Shown here: positions 46,332 to 55,769 of the stretch, piece after piece | How the letters are laid out: the number at the start of each line of letters is the position of its first letter | Position numbering within the stretch: position 1 is the stretch's first letter | Assembly: GCA_020428315.1 (NCBI GenBank) | Contig: JAGQNA010000003.1 | Location: 155 to 64,154 of the forward strand | Direction of reading: 5' to 3' | DNA: 64,000 nucleotides | From: Candidatus Saccharimonadota bacterium | GTDB taxonomy: Bacteria; Patescibacteriota; Saccharimonadia; Saccharimonadales; Saccharimonadaceae | Program-made: the position numbers and the translations under genes | The notes under the pieces: generated by a model | Told to the model about the DNA's origin: nothing | Seen by the model: the letters and a program-made list of their open reading frames with translations, nothing else | Databases searched by the model: none

Positions 46332-47050
46332 TTCAAGTAAACTTAATTCCAAACGTTAAGCAAGAGTTTATAAAAGCACAGCGAATGCGCAACCTAGTGA
46401 TATCTATTTCGATAGTGGTATCGATTGCTAGTGTGGCAGTAGTTGTGGTTATGGGTATGTACGTTTTTGGGGTACAGGGTTTTCGCAATAGTCAGGCAGA
46501 TAAAAATATAACGAAAGGCGTTAATGAGCTAAAGGCTGTACCAGATCTAGACAAAGCGTTAACAGTGCGTAATCAACTTCAGAATATTGATTCAATTTAC
46601 GATAAAACACCGCTTTCTGCAAGAATGTTTGATGTTCTTGCAACAGTTACTCCCTCTGATGAAAATAAGGTTAGCTTGACTAAATTTGATTTAGATATCG
46701 TTGATGGATCTATTCTCATAGAGGGCAAGACGTACAACGGCTATAAAGCATTAGATGCGTTTAAAAAGACAATCTTGGCAACAAAGTTTTCGTTTACTGA
46801 TCGGAATAGCAAACAAAATGATGAGGTTCCATTAACCGATGAGATAGTCGATGGTAATAGGAGTTTTGGTGAGGATGAGAGTGGCCAAAAAGTACTATCA
46901 TTTAGTTTTAGCTTTAAGTACGCACCTGAATTATTGAGTAGATCATCGGTAGAACCGAAAATTATTGGCCCAAAGAAAACAAATGCAACTGATTCGGCGC
47001 TTGAGATACCGAAGAGTATATTTGAAGTAAGTAGTGGAGGTGATAAGTAA
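46328..47050 (+). CDS. pilN: PilN-like pilus assembly protein
   Basis: MIQVNLIPNVKQEF (INLLP-like) followed by one TM; start overlaps pilM stop. Confidence 0.7.
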   Translation: MIQVNLIPNVKQEFIKAQRMRNLVISISIVVSIASVAVVVVMGMYVFGVQGFRNSQADKNITKGVNELKAVPDLDKALTVRNQLQNIDSIYDKTPLSARMFDVLATVTPSDENKVSLTKFDLDIVDGSILIEGKTYNGYKALDAFKKTILATKFSFTDRNSKQNDEVPLTDEIVDGNRSFGEDESGQKVLSFSFSFKYAPELLSRSSVEPKIIGPKKTNATDSALEIPKSIFEVSSGGDK

Positions 47051-47835
47051 TGGCTGGTCAACAAGGCACTGCTCTGCGAAAACGACAAAAAATTAAGCAG
47101 GCTGGTCGCATGATGTTTTTCTGGGTAGCTGGAGCATCTGTCATTGTTGGAGCATCTGCGGTTGTTCTTTTCTCAATGACTCAAAAACTCATATTTAATG
47201 AACAGGTGTTAGCAAAGAAGGGCCAGACTATTTCACGGCTTGAACAGAACAAAAAAATTGTTCCCGAACTCAAAGATAATGTACGACTGCTTAACACAAA
47301 TCAGAAGCTGATTAACCTGCAGACGCCAGCCGATGCACAGCCAGTACAGGTTATATTTGACGCTTTGCCTACTACAGCAAATGGAGAGGCTCTAGGCTCT
47401 GCCTTGTCTCATCCAAAATTACTTGGAGATAGCAGTATAACTGTGATATCAAGCAGTGTTGGCGATAGTAGTATCGACAGTGCAAGCAGTAGCTCGTCTT
47501 CTAGCAGTTCAACTTCAGCTACTTCGGGTACTAACTCTGGTACTACTTCTAGCACCTCAAGTACAACCGTTAAACCCAGTGAAATTAGTTTTAGGTTCAC
47601 TGTATCGTCGTCTAGTGTAAATAACCTTCGCGATTTGCTATCTAGGATGAGTCGCTCGATTCGGGCGTTCAATGTTAGCTCCGTTAACTTTATGAATAGT
47701 ACAAAAAATTTCGAGATGACAGTAACTGGACAAGCCTACTATTTGCCTGCCAAGACTGTAGACACGACAACAGTTCAGGTTCCTGAAAAAAAGAAGGTAT
47801 CATCAGTAAGGAGGGCATCAAGTGAAAAAAAGTGA
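47050..47835 (+). CDS. PilO-like pilus assembly protein with a Ser/Thr-rich tract
   Basis: Basic N-terminus, one TM, coiled-coil segment, then SSSSSSSSTSATSGTNSGTTSSTSSTT. Confidence 0.5.
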   Translation: MAGQQGTALRKRQKIKQAGRMMFFWVAGASVIVGASAVVLFSMTQKLIFNEQVLAKKGQTISRLEQNKKIVPELKDNVRLLNTNQKLINLQTPADAQPVQVIFDALPTTANGEALGSALSHPKLLGDSSITVISSSVGDSSIDSASSSSSSSSSTSATSGTNSGTTSSTSSTTVKPSEISFRFTVSSSSVNNLRDLLSRMSRSIRAFNVSSVNFMNSTKNFEMTVTGQAYYLPAKTVDTTTVQVPEKKKVSSVRRASSEKK

Positions 47836-48046
47836 TATTGCTATGTTGATACTTGTGGTTGCAGTTAGCGTTATGGTGTCATACTTTACCGTTGGCTCAA
47901 TACCCGCTCTAAAGTTCTCTGACAAGCCAGTATCTGTAAAGACTATTGAAGAGTATAAGTCAGATATAAGTGAGGTAAATGGAGATATATTCCGTGAGGA
48001 TGCAATAAACCCAACAGTTGAAGTAACTATCGGCAACGGGGACTAG
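47822..48046 (+). CDS. Small single-TM protein within the T4P operon
   Basis: 74-aa ORF, GTG start overlapping upstream gene by 14 nt; TM IAMLILVVAVSVMVSYF. Confidence 0.45.
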   Translation: MKKSDIAMLILVVAVSVMVSYFTVGSIPALKFSDKPVSVKTIEEYKSDISEVNGDIFREDAINPTVEVTIGNGD

Positions 48047-48048
48047 TC

Positions 48049-49809
48049 ATGAGCGTGCTGACAGATCAAGCGCAGCAGAAGCTCGTTCAGCTATTAGTAG
48101 ATGAAGGACTTACAACTCGTGAGCTAATTGAGGCTAGTAAGGCCGAGGCGCAGCAAACCAATAAGCCATTGCTTAGTATTTTGGTTACGAACGATATTGT
48201 AGATGACGAGCTGCTTACACATGCAACTGCACATGTACTTGGTGTACCGTATGTCAATCTTAGAAACAGTGTAATCGACGAAAGCATACTTGGGTTAGTA
48301 CCTGAAGATTTAGCATCGCGGTTTATGGCAGTACCTTTAGCAGAAACTAATAATCGTTTGGCAGTGGCAATGATAGATGCCGATAACGTGCAAGCAGTTG
48401 ACTACCTAGCAAATAGCATAGAACGGCCAATAAAAGTGTTCATGGCGTCGCAAGAGAGCATCCAGCATATACTCGATCAGTATAAGACTGACCTATCGAC
48501 CGTCGATGAAGTTGCTGAAGAATCCAAGTCCGACTCTCTAGATCAGGAGCATAAAGAAATAAAAACTTTGGTTCAAGACTCACCAATTAGTCGTGCCCTG
48601 AGTACTATTTTAGAGTATGCCGTGAAGAGCAAGGCTAGCGATATTCATGTTGAACCGCTTGAAAAATCTTTAAAAATTCGAGTCCGAGTTGATGGGGTAT
48701 TGCGTGAGATTATGCAACTTCCAAAAAGTATTGAACCACCACTAGTGAGTCGGATAAAAATACTATCTTCACTTAAAATTGACGAACACCGTACACCTCA
48801 AGACGGTCAGTTTACTGTTGCTGTAAGTAATAAAGAAGTTGACCTTCGTGTGGCTATCAGTCCGGTGGTATGGGGCGAGCAAGTCGTTATCCGACTTCTA
48901 GATAAAAGTGGCAATACGTTTGATTTAGCAGATATGGGGTACATTGGTCGTGCACTTCGAACAATAAAAAAGGGTATTAAACGCCCAAGTGGGATGATAT
49001 TAACTTCTGGTCCAACGGGTAGCGGTAAGAGTACTAGTTTATATGCACTAATTAAAGAAATTAAAGACGATACAATAAATATTGTTACTCTTGAAGATCC
49101 AGTTGAATATAAAATGCAAGGGGTAAACCAGATACAAGTAAATACAGACGTTGGCTTGACGTTTGCCAGTGGTTTACGGTCAATCTTGCGTCAAGACCCA
49201 GATGTTGTGATGGTTGGTGAGATTCGAGATAAAGAAACAGCAAATCTTGCTGTTCAGGCTGCCTTGACTGGGCATTTAGTATTTAGCACACTTCATACAA
49301 ATTCTGCTGCAGGTGTACTGCCACGACTTTTAGACATGGGGATTGAGCCATTTTTAATAGCCAGTACTGTGAATACAATAATTGGTCAGCGACTAGTCCG
49401 TCGGGTTGCACCAAAGCGAGATATCTATAATTCCACACCAATAGAAACTCAGAATATTTTATCAACAGTTGGTCATTTATTACCGAAAGCAACTTCCGAG
49501 GCTCTTCAGGTAGCACAAGATTTAGGCTATAAAGACTTGCCACTAGCGGGTCAAAACGCTTATACTTTAGTTAAGGGGAAAGATTCTCCGCAGACGCCAA
49601 ATGGCTATGCTGGGCGGGCAGGTCTATATGAAGTAATGGATGTATCGGAAGAAATCCAGAACTTAATCATAAATCGTTCAACTAGCGCAGAAATTCAGCG
49701 ACTGGCTGTATCGCAAGGGATGGTCACAATGAGGCAAGACGGTTATCTGAAGTCATTGTGCGGCATAACGACATTAGAAGAAGTTAATCGTGTAGCGGCA
49801 GACATATAA
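48049..49809 (+). CDS. pilB: Type IV pilus extension ATPase PilB (GspE family)
   Basis: N-terminal GSPII-like domain; Walker A SGPTGSGKST; GEIRD and HLVFSTLHTN blocks. Confidence 0.92.
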   Translation: MSVLTDQAQQKLVQLLVDEGLTTRELIEASKAEAQQTNKPLLSILVTNDIVDDELLTHATAHVLGVPYVNLRNSVIDESILGLVPEDLASRFMAVPLAETNNRLAVAMIDADNVQAVDYLANSIERPIKVFMASQESIQHILDQYKTDLSTVDEVAEESKSDSLDQEHKEIKTLVQDSPISRALSTILEYAVKSKASDIHVEPLEKSLKIRVRVDGVLREIMQLPKSIEPPLVSRIKILSSLKIDEHRTPQDGQFTVAVSNKEVDLRVAISPVVWGEQVVIRLLDKSGNTFDLADMGYIGRALRTIKKGIKRPSGMILTSGPTGSGKSTSLYALIKEIKDDTINIVTLEDPVEYKMQGVNQIQVNTDVGLTFASGLRSILRQDPDVVMVGEIRDKETANLAVQAALTGHLVFSTLHTNSAAGVLPRLLDMGIEPFLIASTVNTIIGQRLVRRVAPKRDIYNSTPIETQNILSTVGHLLPKATSEALQVAQDLGYKDLPLAGQNAYTLVKGKDSPQTPNGYAGRAGLYEVMDVSEEIQNLIINRSTSAEIQRLAVSQGMVTMRQDGYLKSLCGITTLEEVNRVAADI

Positions 49810-49822
49810 GTAGGAGGGCAAT

Positions 49823-50893
49823 GTGAATAACCAGGAAGTAAGAATAGAGCTATTACTCGAAGAAGTAGTTAAAAAAAGAGCTAGCGATCTTCACTTACAA
49901 GTTGGCTTGCCACCAATGATGCGAGTCGATGGGAGTTTGAATCCGATTGCTGGTTATGACACTTTAGATGAACAGAAAGTTGAGATGCTTGTTAATTCGA
50001 TTCTCGACCAAGATCAGCAGCAAATATTACAAAAAGATAAAGAATTCGATTTTAGTTTTGCATTTGGTAACCTTGGACGATTTCGGGTTAATGCTTTTCA
50101 TGAGCGTGGTAACCTGGCGGCGGCTTTACGCTTAATACCAAATGAAATAAAAAGTGTTAGCGAACTCGGTATGCCACCGATTGTTATGCAGTTTGCTAAT
50201 TTCCCGCGTGGGCTAGTGCTAGTCACTGGGCCTACAGGTAGCGGTAAGTCGACTACTCTAGCGGCTCTTGTCGATAAAATTAATACTGAACGCTCGAGCC
50301 ATATTATCACTATCGAGGATCCGATTGAGTTTACGCATAAGTCTAAGAAATCTGTGGTTGTTCAACGTGAGGTTCACTACGATACTTATAGTTTCTCGGC
50401 AGCACTTCGTTCAAGCTTGCGTCAGGACCCTGATGTAGTATTGATTGGTGAGATGCGAGATCTAGAGACGATTAGCGCAGCTATAACCATTGCTGAAACT
50501 GGACACCTAGTGTTTGCAACTCTACACACAAACAGTGCTTCACAGTCGATTGACCGAATGATAGACGTTTTTCCACCTCACCAACAGCCGCAAATTCGTG
50601 CTCAGCTTTCAAACATCTTACAGGCGATTGTTAGTCAAAGGCTAGTGCCGTCTATAGGTGGTGGGCGAGTTATTGCTGCTGAGATACTGGTTGCCAACAG
50701 CGCAGTACGAAATATTATTCGTGAAGGCAAAAGCCACCAGCTTGATGCTGTGATCCAAACTGGTGCAGAGCAGGGTATGCAAACAATGGATCGTACACTA
50801 GCGTCATTGGTGCACTCGGGAACTGTTAGCTTAGACGAAGCACGTAATTTTGCAGTAGATTTAACTGAATTTGACAGGATGATTAGAGGCTAA
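49823..50893 (+). CDS. pilT: Twitching-motility retraction ATPase PilT
   Basis: 356 aa; ASDLHL, Walker A GPTGSGKSTT, GEMRDLET, HLVFATLHTNSA. Confidence 0.92.
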   Translation: MNNQEVRIELLLEEVVKKRASDLHLQVGLPPMMRVDGSLNPIAGYDTLDEQKVEMLVNSILDQDQQQILQKDKEFDFSFAFGNLGRFRVNAFHERGNLAAALRLIPNEIKSVSELGMPPIVMQFANFPRGLVLVTGPTGSGKSTTLAALVDKINTERSSHIITIEDPIEFTHKSKKSVVVQREVHYDTYSFSAALRSSLRQDPDVVLIGEMRDLETISAAITIAETGHLVFATLHTNSASQSIDRMIDVFPPHQQPQIRAQLSNILQAIVSQRLVPSIGGGRVIAAEILVANSAVRNIIREGKSHQLDAVIQTGAEQGMQTMDRTLASLVHSGTVSLDEARNFAVDLTEFDRMIRG

Positions 50894-52105
50894 ATGAAAC
50901 GATATCATTATGTTGCAAAAGATCTAGCAACAGGTAAAAAAACACAAGGGGAAGCTCAAGCCGATAGTGTTAATGACGCTGTAAAACTATTAGTCAAGCA
51001 AGGCTTTACTCCACTTGATATCAAAGAACAAGATGAAAATAGTAGTTTTTTCTCAAGTATTAGTGGGCGTATTCGTGCCAAAGATAAGATTGTTTTCAGT
51101 CGACAGCTAGCGACCCTTTTGGGGGCTGGACTTCCACTTAGCCAAAGCTTGCATACTGTAGCTCAGCAGACAGAGAATACAAAGTTACGTAAGGTTGTTG
51201 AAGAGATTATTACCGATATAGAGGGTGGTAAGTCTCTTCACGACTCTTTCGCGAAACATCCAACCGTCTTTAGTAAGGTTTTTTTAGCACTTGTTGAAGC
51301 AGGTGAGGCTAGTGGTACGCTAGATGATGCCTTGAAGCGTATTGCTTCACAGCAGGAAAAAGATGCTGAAGTGGTTAGTAAAATTCGTGGTGCGATGGTT
51401 TATCCAATGATTGTACTGGTTGTTATTGGCTTAGTGATTGTGTTTATGATGCTTACTGTTGTCCCACAGGTTGAACAGCTATACGAAGACCTTCATAAGC
51501 CACTACCGTTATTAACAAAAATCATGGTAGACGGCGCCAGCTTTATGCGTAGTTATTGGTATGTTGTTGTTTTAGTGCTTCTGGCGTCTGGTTATTTTTT
51601 CTGGCAGTGGCTAAAAACAGAAGGTGGTATTAAGTTTAAAGATAGCTTTAAGCTAAACGTACCTTTGTTCGGTATTTTGTTTAGAAAGCTTTATATGGCT
51701 CGATTTGCTCGAACAGGACAAACTTTACTTAAGGTTGGTGTGCCAATGCTCGATATGTTAAGGATTACGGGCGAGGCGGTAAATAATACGATATTAGAGT
51801 TGGCAATAACTCGAGCATCAGACAAGGTAAAAAGTGGCAAGCCGCTGTCGAAGAGTATTGAAGGCGAAGACTACTTCATGGTACTAGTACCTCAAATGAT
51901 AAACATTGGCGAGCAGTCTGGTAAGGTTGACGAAATGCTTGGTAAAGTAGCACAAGTCTATGAAGATGAGCTAGATGAGCAGATTCGTACTATATCGACA
52001 CTCATCGAGCCAGTGTTGATGGTTGTACTTGCTATTGTGGCTGGTGGAATGGTGGGTGCGATCTTATTTCCAATTTACAGCTTAGTTGGTGGAGTAAAAA
52101 TTTAA
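50894..52105 (+). CDS. pilC: Type IV pilus platform protein PilC (GspF family)
   Basis: 403 aa with two T2SSF repeats and three TM segments. Confidence 0.9.
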   Translation: MKRYHYVAKDLATGKKTQGEAQADSVNDAVKLLVKQGFTPLDIKEQDENSSFFSSISGRIRAKDKIVFSRQLATLLGAGLPLSQSLHTVAQQTENTKLRKVVEEIITDIEGGKSLHDSFAKHPTVFSKVFLALVEAGEASGTLDDALKRIASQQEKDAEVVSKIRGAMVYPMIVLVVIGLVIVFMMLTVVPQVEQLYEDLHKPLPLLTKIMVDGASFMRSYWYVVVLVLLASGYFFWQWLKTEGGIKFKDSFKLNVPLFGILFRKLYMARFARTGQTLLKVGVPMLDMLRITGEAVNNTILELAITRASDKVKSGKPLSKSIEGEDYFMVLVPQMINIGEQSGKVDEMLGKVAQVYEDELDEQIRTISTLIEPVLMVVLAIVAGGMVGAILFPIYSLVGGVKI

Positions 52106-52195
52106 ATAAATTATCTAGACAAGGCTAGGCCAGTAGTGTAGTATAAGCTTTAGCATAGTGCTATAGAATTAGTAACCGGAAAGGTGGGTTAATAA

Positions 52196-52672
52196 ATGAA
52201 TAAAGTACATAACAAAAGAGGGTTTACTATCATAGAGGTAGTATTGGTACTTGCAATTGCAGGTTTAATATTTTTAATGGTATTTATTGCGCTACCAGCG
52301 CTTCAGCGAGGTCAGCGTGATACTCAGCGACGTGATGACGTATCGAAGTTTACATCACAACTACAAAGCTACGCGGTCAATAATCGTAATAAGTTGCCCG
52401 CCGCTACTCCTGTTGCTGTTACTGCATTTAAAACTAGCTATCTCAAGTGGAAGGTTGATAATAGTGGAGAATTTAATGATCCAAAAACTGGTAACGGTTA
52501 TAACATTACAACAGGTGCGGGAACACCTACAGCAGCTGATGAAATGCGATATGGTGGACCGAATACCGAGTGTAATAATGAAGCGATTCAAACAGGTGGT
52601 GGTAACCGTCAAGCAGCAATCTCTGTTGTCCTCGAGGGCGGTGGAGTATATTGCCAGAACTTAGTACAGTAA
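52196..52672 (+). CDS. pilA: Major type IV pilin
   Basis: Class III signal NKRG|FTIIEVVLVLAIAGLIFLMVF; followed by its own terminator. Confidence 0.85.
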   Translation: MNKVHNKRGFTIIEVVLVLAIAGLIFLMVFIALPALQRGQRDTQRRDDVSKFTSQLQSYAVNNRNKLPAATPVAVTAFKTSYLKWKVDNSGEFNDPKTGNGYNITTGAGTPTAADEMRYGGPNTECNNEAIQTGGGNRQAAISVVLEGGGVYCQNLVQ

Positions 52673-52690
52673 GCAAAAAGTGGCATAAAT

Positions 52691-52716
52691 AAATGGGCAC
52701 CTTCGGGTGTCCATTT
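52691..52716 (+). terminator. Terminator after pilA
   Basis: AAATGGGCACC-TTCG-GGTGTCCATTT (one G-U pair) running into TTTG. Confidence 0.65.
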
Positions 52717-52724
52717 GCTATAAT
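52716..52724 (+). promoter_or_regulatory. Extended -10 TGcTATAAT, 10 nt upstream of pilD ATG 52735
   Basis: tTGCTATAATagataatactATG. Confidence 0.5.
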
Positions 52725-52734
52725 AGATAATACT

Positions 52735-53625
52735 ATGGTGGCAGTTATTGCGATACTAGGTTTAGTTATGGGGTCGTTTGCTGGTGCTCAAGTTTGGCGT
52801 TTGCGTGCCTGGCAACTATTAACCGATAAACAATCTGGTGAAAAACTAACTAAGTTGGAGCAAGCAGAGTTAGTAAGGCTACGACCGCTTACTAGTAAGC
52901 CTTTGGCCGATGATCGTTCGCGTTGTTTACATTGCAAGCACGAGCTGGCTGTTCGTGACCTGGTGCCGCTTATCAGTTGGCTGAGTACTGGTGGTCGCTG
53001 CCGCTACTGTAAAAAGCCAATCGGCTGGTTTGAGCCACTGATCGAGCTATCTGTAGCTACTTTATTTACCGTCAGCTTTATACTATGGCCGTTCCCTATA
53101 GCAGATTTTGTATCTATCAGTATATTTCTATTGTGGTTGACGTCGTTAATATTGTTTGTAATCCTGTTTGCATACGATGCAAAATGGTTTTTGCTTCCAG
53201 ATATAATCATCTGGCCGCTACTTGCGATAGGAAGCATTTTTGCAGTTATACGGCTGATGAATGCTCCAGATCTTGTTGGTGCACTAACCTCACTACTTAT
53301 TGGACTTGTCATATTATCAGGGCTATATGCAGCTCTTTACTATTATTCAAGCTGGCGAAGCAAGGGCGAAAGTAGCTGGGTCGGCTTTGGTGATGTGAAG
53401 CTCGGTTTTGTTTTGGCACTTTTCTTGCTAGATTGGCAGTTGGCATTTTTGACACTTTTTGTGGCAAATTTTCTTGGTTCATGTATCGCCATACCAGGCT
53501 TATTGTTAAAAATTCTACCGCGGGGTGCCAGAATACCATTTGGTCCATTGTTGCTTGCCGGTTTTTTCATATCAATGTTTTGGGGTCAATATATAATAGA
53601 CTGGTTTAATAAGCTTATGCTATAA
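52735..53625 (+). CDS. pilD: Prepilin peptidase (A24 family); start taken at ATG 52735 rather than 52693
   Basis: Cys-box CLHC...CRYC, catalytic Asp contexts AYDAKWFLLPD and GFGDVKL; polytopic. Confidence 0.88.
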   Translation: MVAVIAILGLVMGSFAGAQVWRLRAWQLLTDKQSGEKLTKLEQAELVRLRPLTSKPLADDRSRCLHCKHELAVRDLVPLISWLSTGGRCRYCKKPIGWFEPLIELSVATLFTVSFILWPFPIADFVSISIFLLWLTSLILFVILFAYDAKWFLLPDIIIWPLLAIGSIFAVIRLMNAPDLVGALTSLLIGLVILSGLYAALYYYSSWRSKGESSWVGFGDVKLGFVLALFLLDWQLAFLTLFVANFLGSCIAIPGLLLKILPRGARIPFGPLLLAGFFISMFWGQYIIDWFNKLML

Positions 53626-53626
53626 T
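53618..53626 (+). promoter_or_regulatory. Extended -10 TGcTATAAT, 7 nt upstream of minor-pilin ATG 53634
   Basis: taTGCTATAATtacacctATG; overlaps pilD stop. Confidence 0.55.
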
Positions 53627-53633
53627 TACACCT

Positions 53634-54386
53634 ATGAAGGGTAGTATTAGCTCTGGTTTTACTGTCATCGAAGTCGTGCTTTTTTTAGTCGTATCGTCTG
53701 CCTTGACAGTAGCTATATTTTCCACTATTACCATGTCGATAAACGAACAAAAATATCGAGATACTCTTACCGGTGTGCAGTCTAAAATATCTAGCCAGTT
53801 TAATCAAACAACGCATGTTGTTAACTCTCGAGATAATAATAGTGGTGTAGCTTGCGGAAGTACTACAAATAGAGGTGCATCAAATTGTATAGTCATTGGT
53901 AGGCTTGTTGAGGTCCATGAGGATAGTATTACTACATCTTCGCTAATTGCTACCCCTGTAGATGACGGTGTCGTAGTCGATGGAATTCCGAACCAGGTTG
54001 CTAATAGCTCTACAGCCGATGATCCTACTACCGTTGAAGACTATTTTAAACTGTATAATATTACATCAGATAAAGACAGCTCAGCTGATACCTACCAACT
54101 ACCCTGGGAGGCTGATATTGAGGGCATAGGCGATGGCCAGAAGCTAATGATAATGATACTTCGCTCACCAGAGACGGGTCAAATCTATACTTATTCAAAA
54201 CAAGTTTCGGATGGAGATACTACGTATAGGTCTATTATCGAAGATACTAACACTGTAGAGCGGACAATTTGCATCCCACGTGATGGACTTGGCAGCTCGA
54301 AGTCATTAGGGATAAAACTACGAGCTAAGGCTAGCAATGCTGGCTCCGTTGAACTGCTGACAGACGGTGAAGGCAACCCATGTTAA
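53634..54386 (+). CDS. Minor pilin
   Basis: Prepilin signal SSG|FTVIEVVLFLVV. Confidence 0.75.
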   Translation: MKGSISSGFTVIEVVLFLVVSSALTVAIFSTITMSINEQKYRDTLTGVQSKISSQFNQTTHVVNSRDNNSGVACGSTTNRGASNCIVIGRLVEVHEDSITTSSLIATPVDDGVVVDGIPNQVANSSTADDPTTVEDYFKLYNITSDKDSSADTYQLPWEADIEGIGDGQKLMIMILRSPETGQIYTYSKQVSDGDTTYRSIIEDTNTVERTICIPRDGLGSSKSLGIKLRAKASNAGSVELLTDGEGNPC

Positions 54387-55009
54387 AACGGCATAATCAG
54401 CGAGGGGATACAATCATAGAGGTTACTTTAGCGTTTGTAGTTTTTTCACTACTATCGGTATCGGCAATTGCTATTATGAATCGTGGCGTATCTGCCTCGC
54501 AAAAGGCACTAGAGATCACGTTGGTTCGACAGCAAATTGATTCGCAATCCGAGGCCTTGCGAAATCTAAACGATTTTGCTAGTAAAAAAAATGCTAGGAC
54601 AGACTTTCACGACGAATACGCTGATTGGCAAAAAATTGCAAAGGTAAACAGTACGCTATATCCAGACAGTATTGCAAGGAGTAGTGTTGAAGAACTTAAG
54701 CTTACTGAGGATAATCGCTGCCCTGGTGTGCCGGAAGGGTCATTTATAATGAACGCTAGAACAGGAAGGGTAGGTGGCCTAGCTAAGGATGATAAGATAA
54801 GTGGTTCAGATACCGCACCGTTTAGTCAGGTGGTATATAATTCTGCTGATCCGAAATTGATTGATAGTACAAATGGAATTTGGGTTCAGCCTAAGCGACA
54901 GTCAAATAGTACTAAGTATGTAGACTTCCATATCACAGCCTGTTGGTATTCGGCGTCGGGGACCCCAACGATACTGGGGACGATTGTGAGGATTTATGAT
55001 AATGTTTAA
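54380..55009 (+). CDS. Minor pilin with atypical +1 residue
   Basis: QRG|DTIIEVTLAFVVF: Asp instead of Phe/Met at +1, Glu5 kept. Confidence 0.65.
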   Translation: MLKRHNQRGDTIIEVTLAFVVFSLLSVSAIAIMNRGVSASQKALEITLVRQQIDSQSEALRNLNDFASKKNARTDFHDEYADWQKIAKVNSTLYPDSIARSSVEELKLTEDNRCPGVPEGSFIMNARTGRVGGLAKDDKISGSDTAPFSQVVYNSADPKLIDSTNGIWVQPKRQSNSTKYVDFHITACWYSASGTPTILGTIVRIYDNV

Positions 55010-55769
55010 GCGAGGCTTTACTATAATAGAATTAATGCTCTCTATGACGTTCATCTCAATTCTTTTAATTGCTGTTGCTACACTAACTATCCATATGAGC
55101 AACTTATATACTCGGGGTATCACAATGCGCCAGGTGAGTACCGCAGGTCAGGAGCTTGCAAATAATATTCAGCGAAATATTCAGAGCACACAGGGAATCG
55201 ATTTAAATAATAATTATGTTGTCTTCATGAATAATTCTGTGAACCCTAGGGTCAAACGTGGTCAAGCTGCATATGACGCTATGAATGATGTAAATGAAGC
55301 AAAAAAAATTATGGGTGGTCGACTATGTGTTGGAGGAACAACCTATGCATGGAATAACGGTAGCTACTTGAAAAACTTTGAAGCTGGAGGCAGTACCGAC
55401 TCGCCTAACGTAGTGGATGATAAGCCAGTCCACTTAGTTAAGGCAACAGGTGTAAATTTGTGTCCGAGCGGCAACAGCTTAGCACCTTTTAATAGTAGCT
55501 CACTGGATGCGGCGTCTAGTACCGAGGACTTACTCAGTAACGGTGACCGCCAGCTTGCAATACACAAATTTCTTATCAGTAGCGTAACTAATAAGGGGCT
55601 ATATTCTATAAGCTTTACTATCGGTACTAGTGACGTAGATGCATTAGAATCTGGGAGTGAAAGTTGTAAGCCCCCGAGTGATACAGACAGTGATGAAAAC
55701 TATTGTTCAGTAAATCGGTTTGATGTAATAGCTAGATCAATTCCACAGTCTGGAGGGGTAACACCATGA
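54996..55769 (+). CDS. Minor pilin
   Basis: KRG|FTIIELMLSMTFISILL. Confidence 0.75.
   Translation: MIMFKRGFTIIELMLSMTFISILLIAVATLTIHMSNLYTRGITMRQVSTAGQELANNIQRNIQSTQGIDLNNNYVVFMNNSVNPRVKRGQAAYDAMNDVNEAKKIMGGRLCVGGTTYAWNNGSYLKNFEAGGSTDSPNVVDDKPVHLVKATGVNLCPSGNSLAPFNSSSLDAASSTEDLLSNGDRQLAIHKFLISSVTNKGLYSISFTIGTSDVDALESGSESCKPPSDTDSDENYCSVNRFDVIARSIPQSGGVTP

Noticed and set aside
52287-52664. 125-aa alternative-frame ORF inside pilA
   Set aside because: It lies in a different frame within the major pilin gene, which has a canonical prepilin signal. There is no independent evidence for it.
52693-52734. Upstream extension of pilD (track start ATG 52693)
   Set aside because: That ATG lies inside the pilA terminator hairpin and upstream of the TGcTATAAT box. 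ATG 52735 gives a normal hydrophobic PilD N-terminus.
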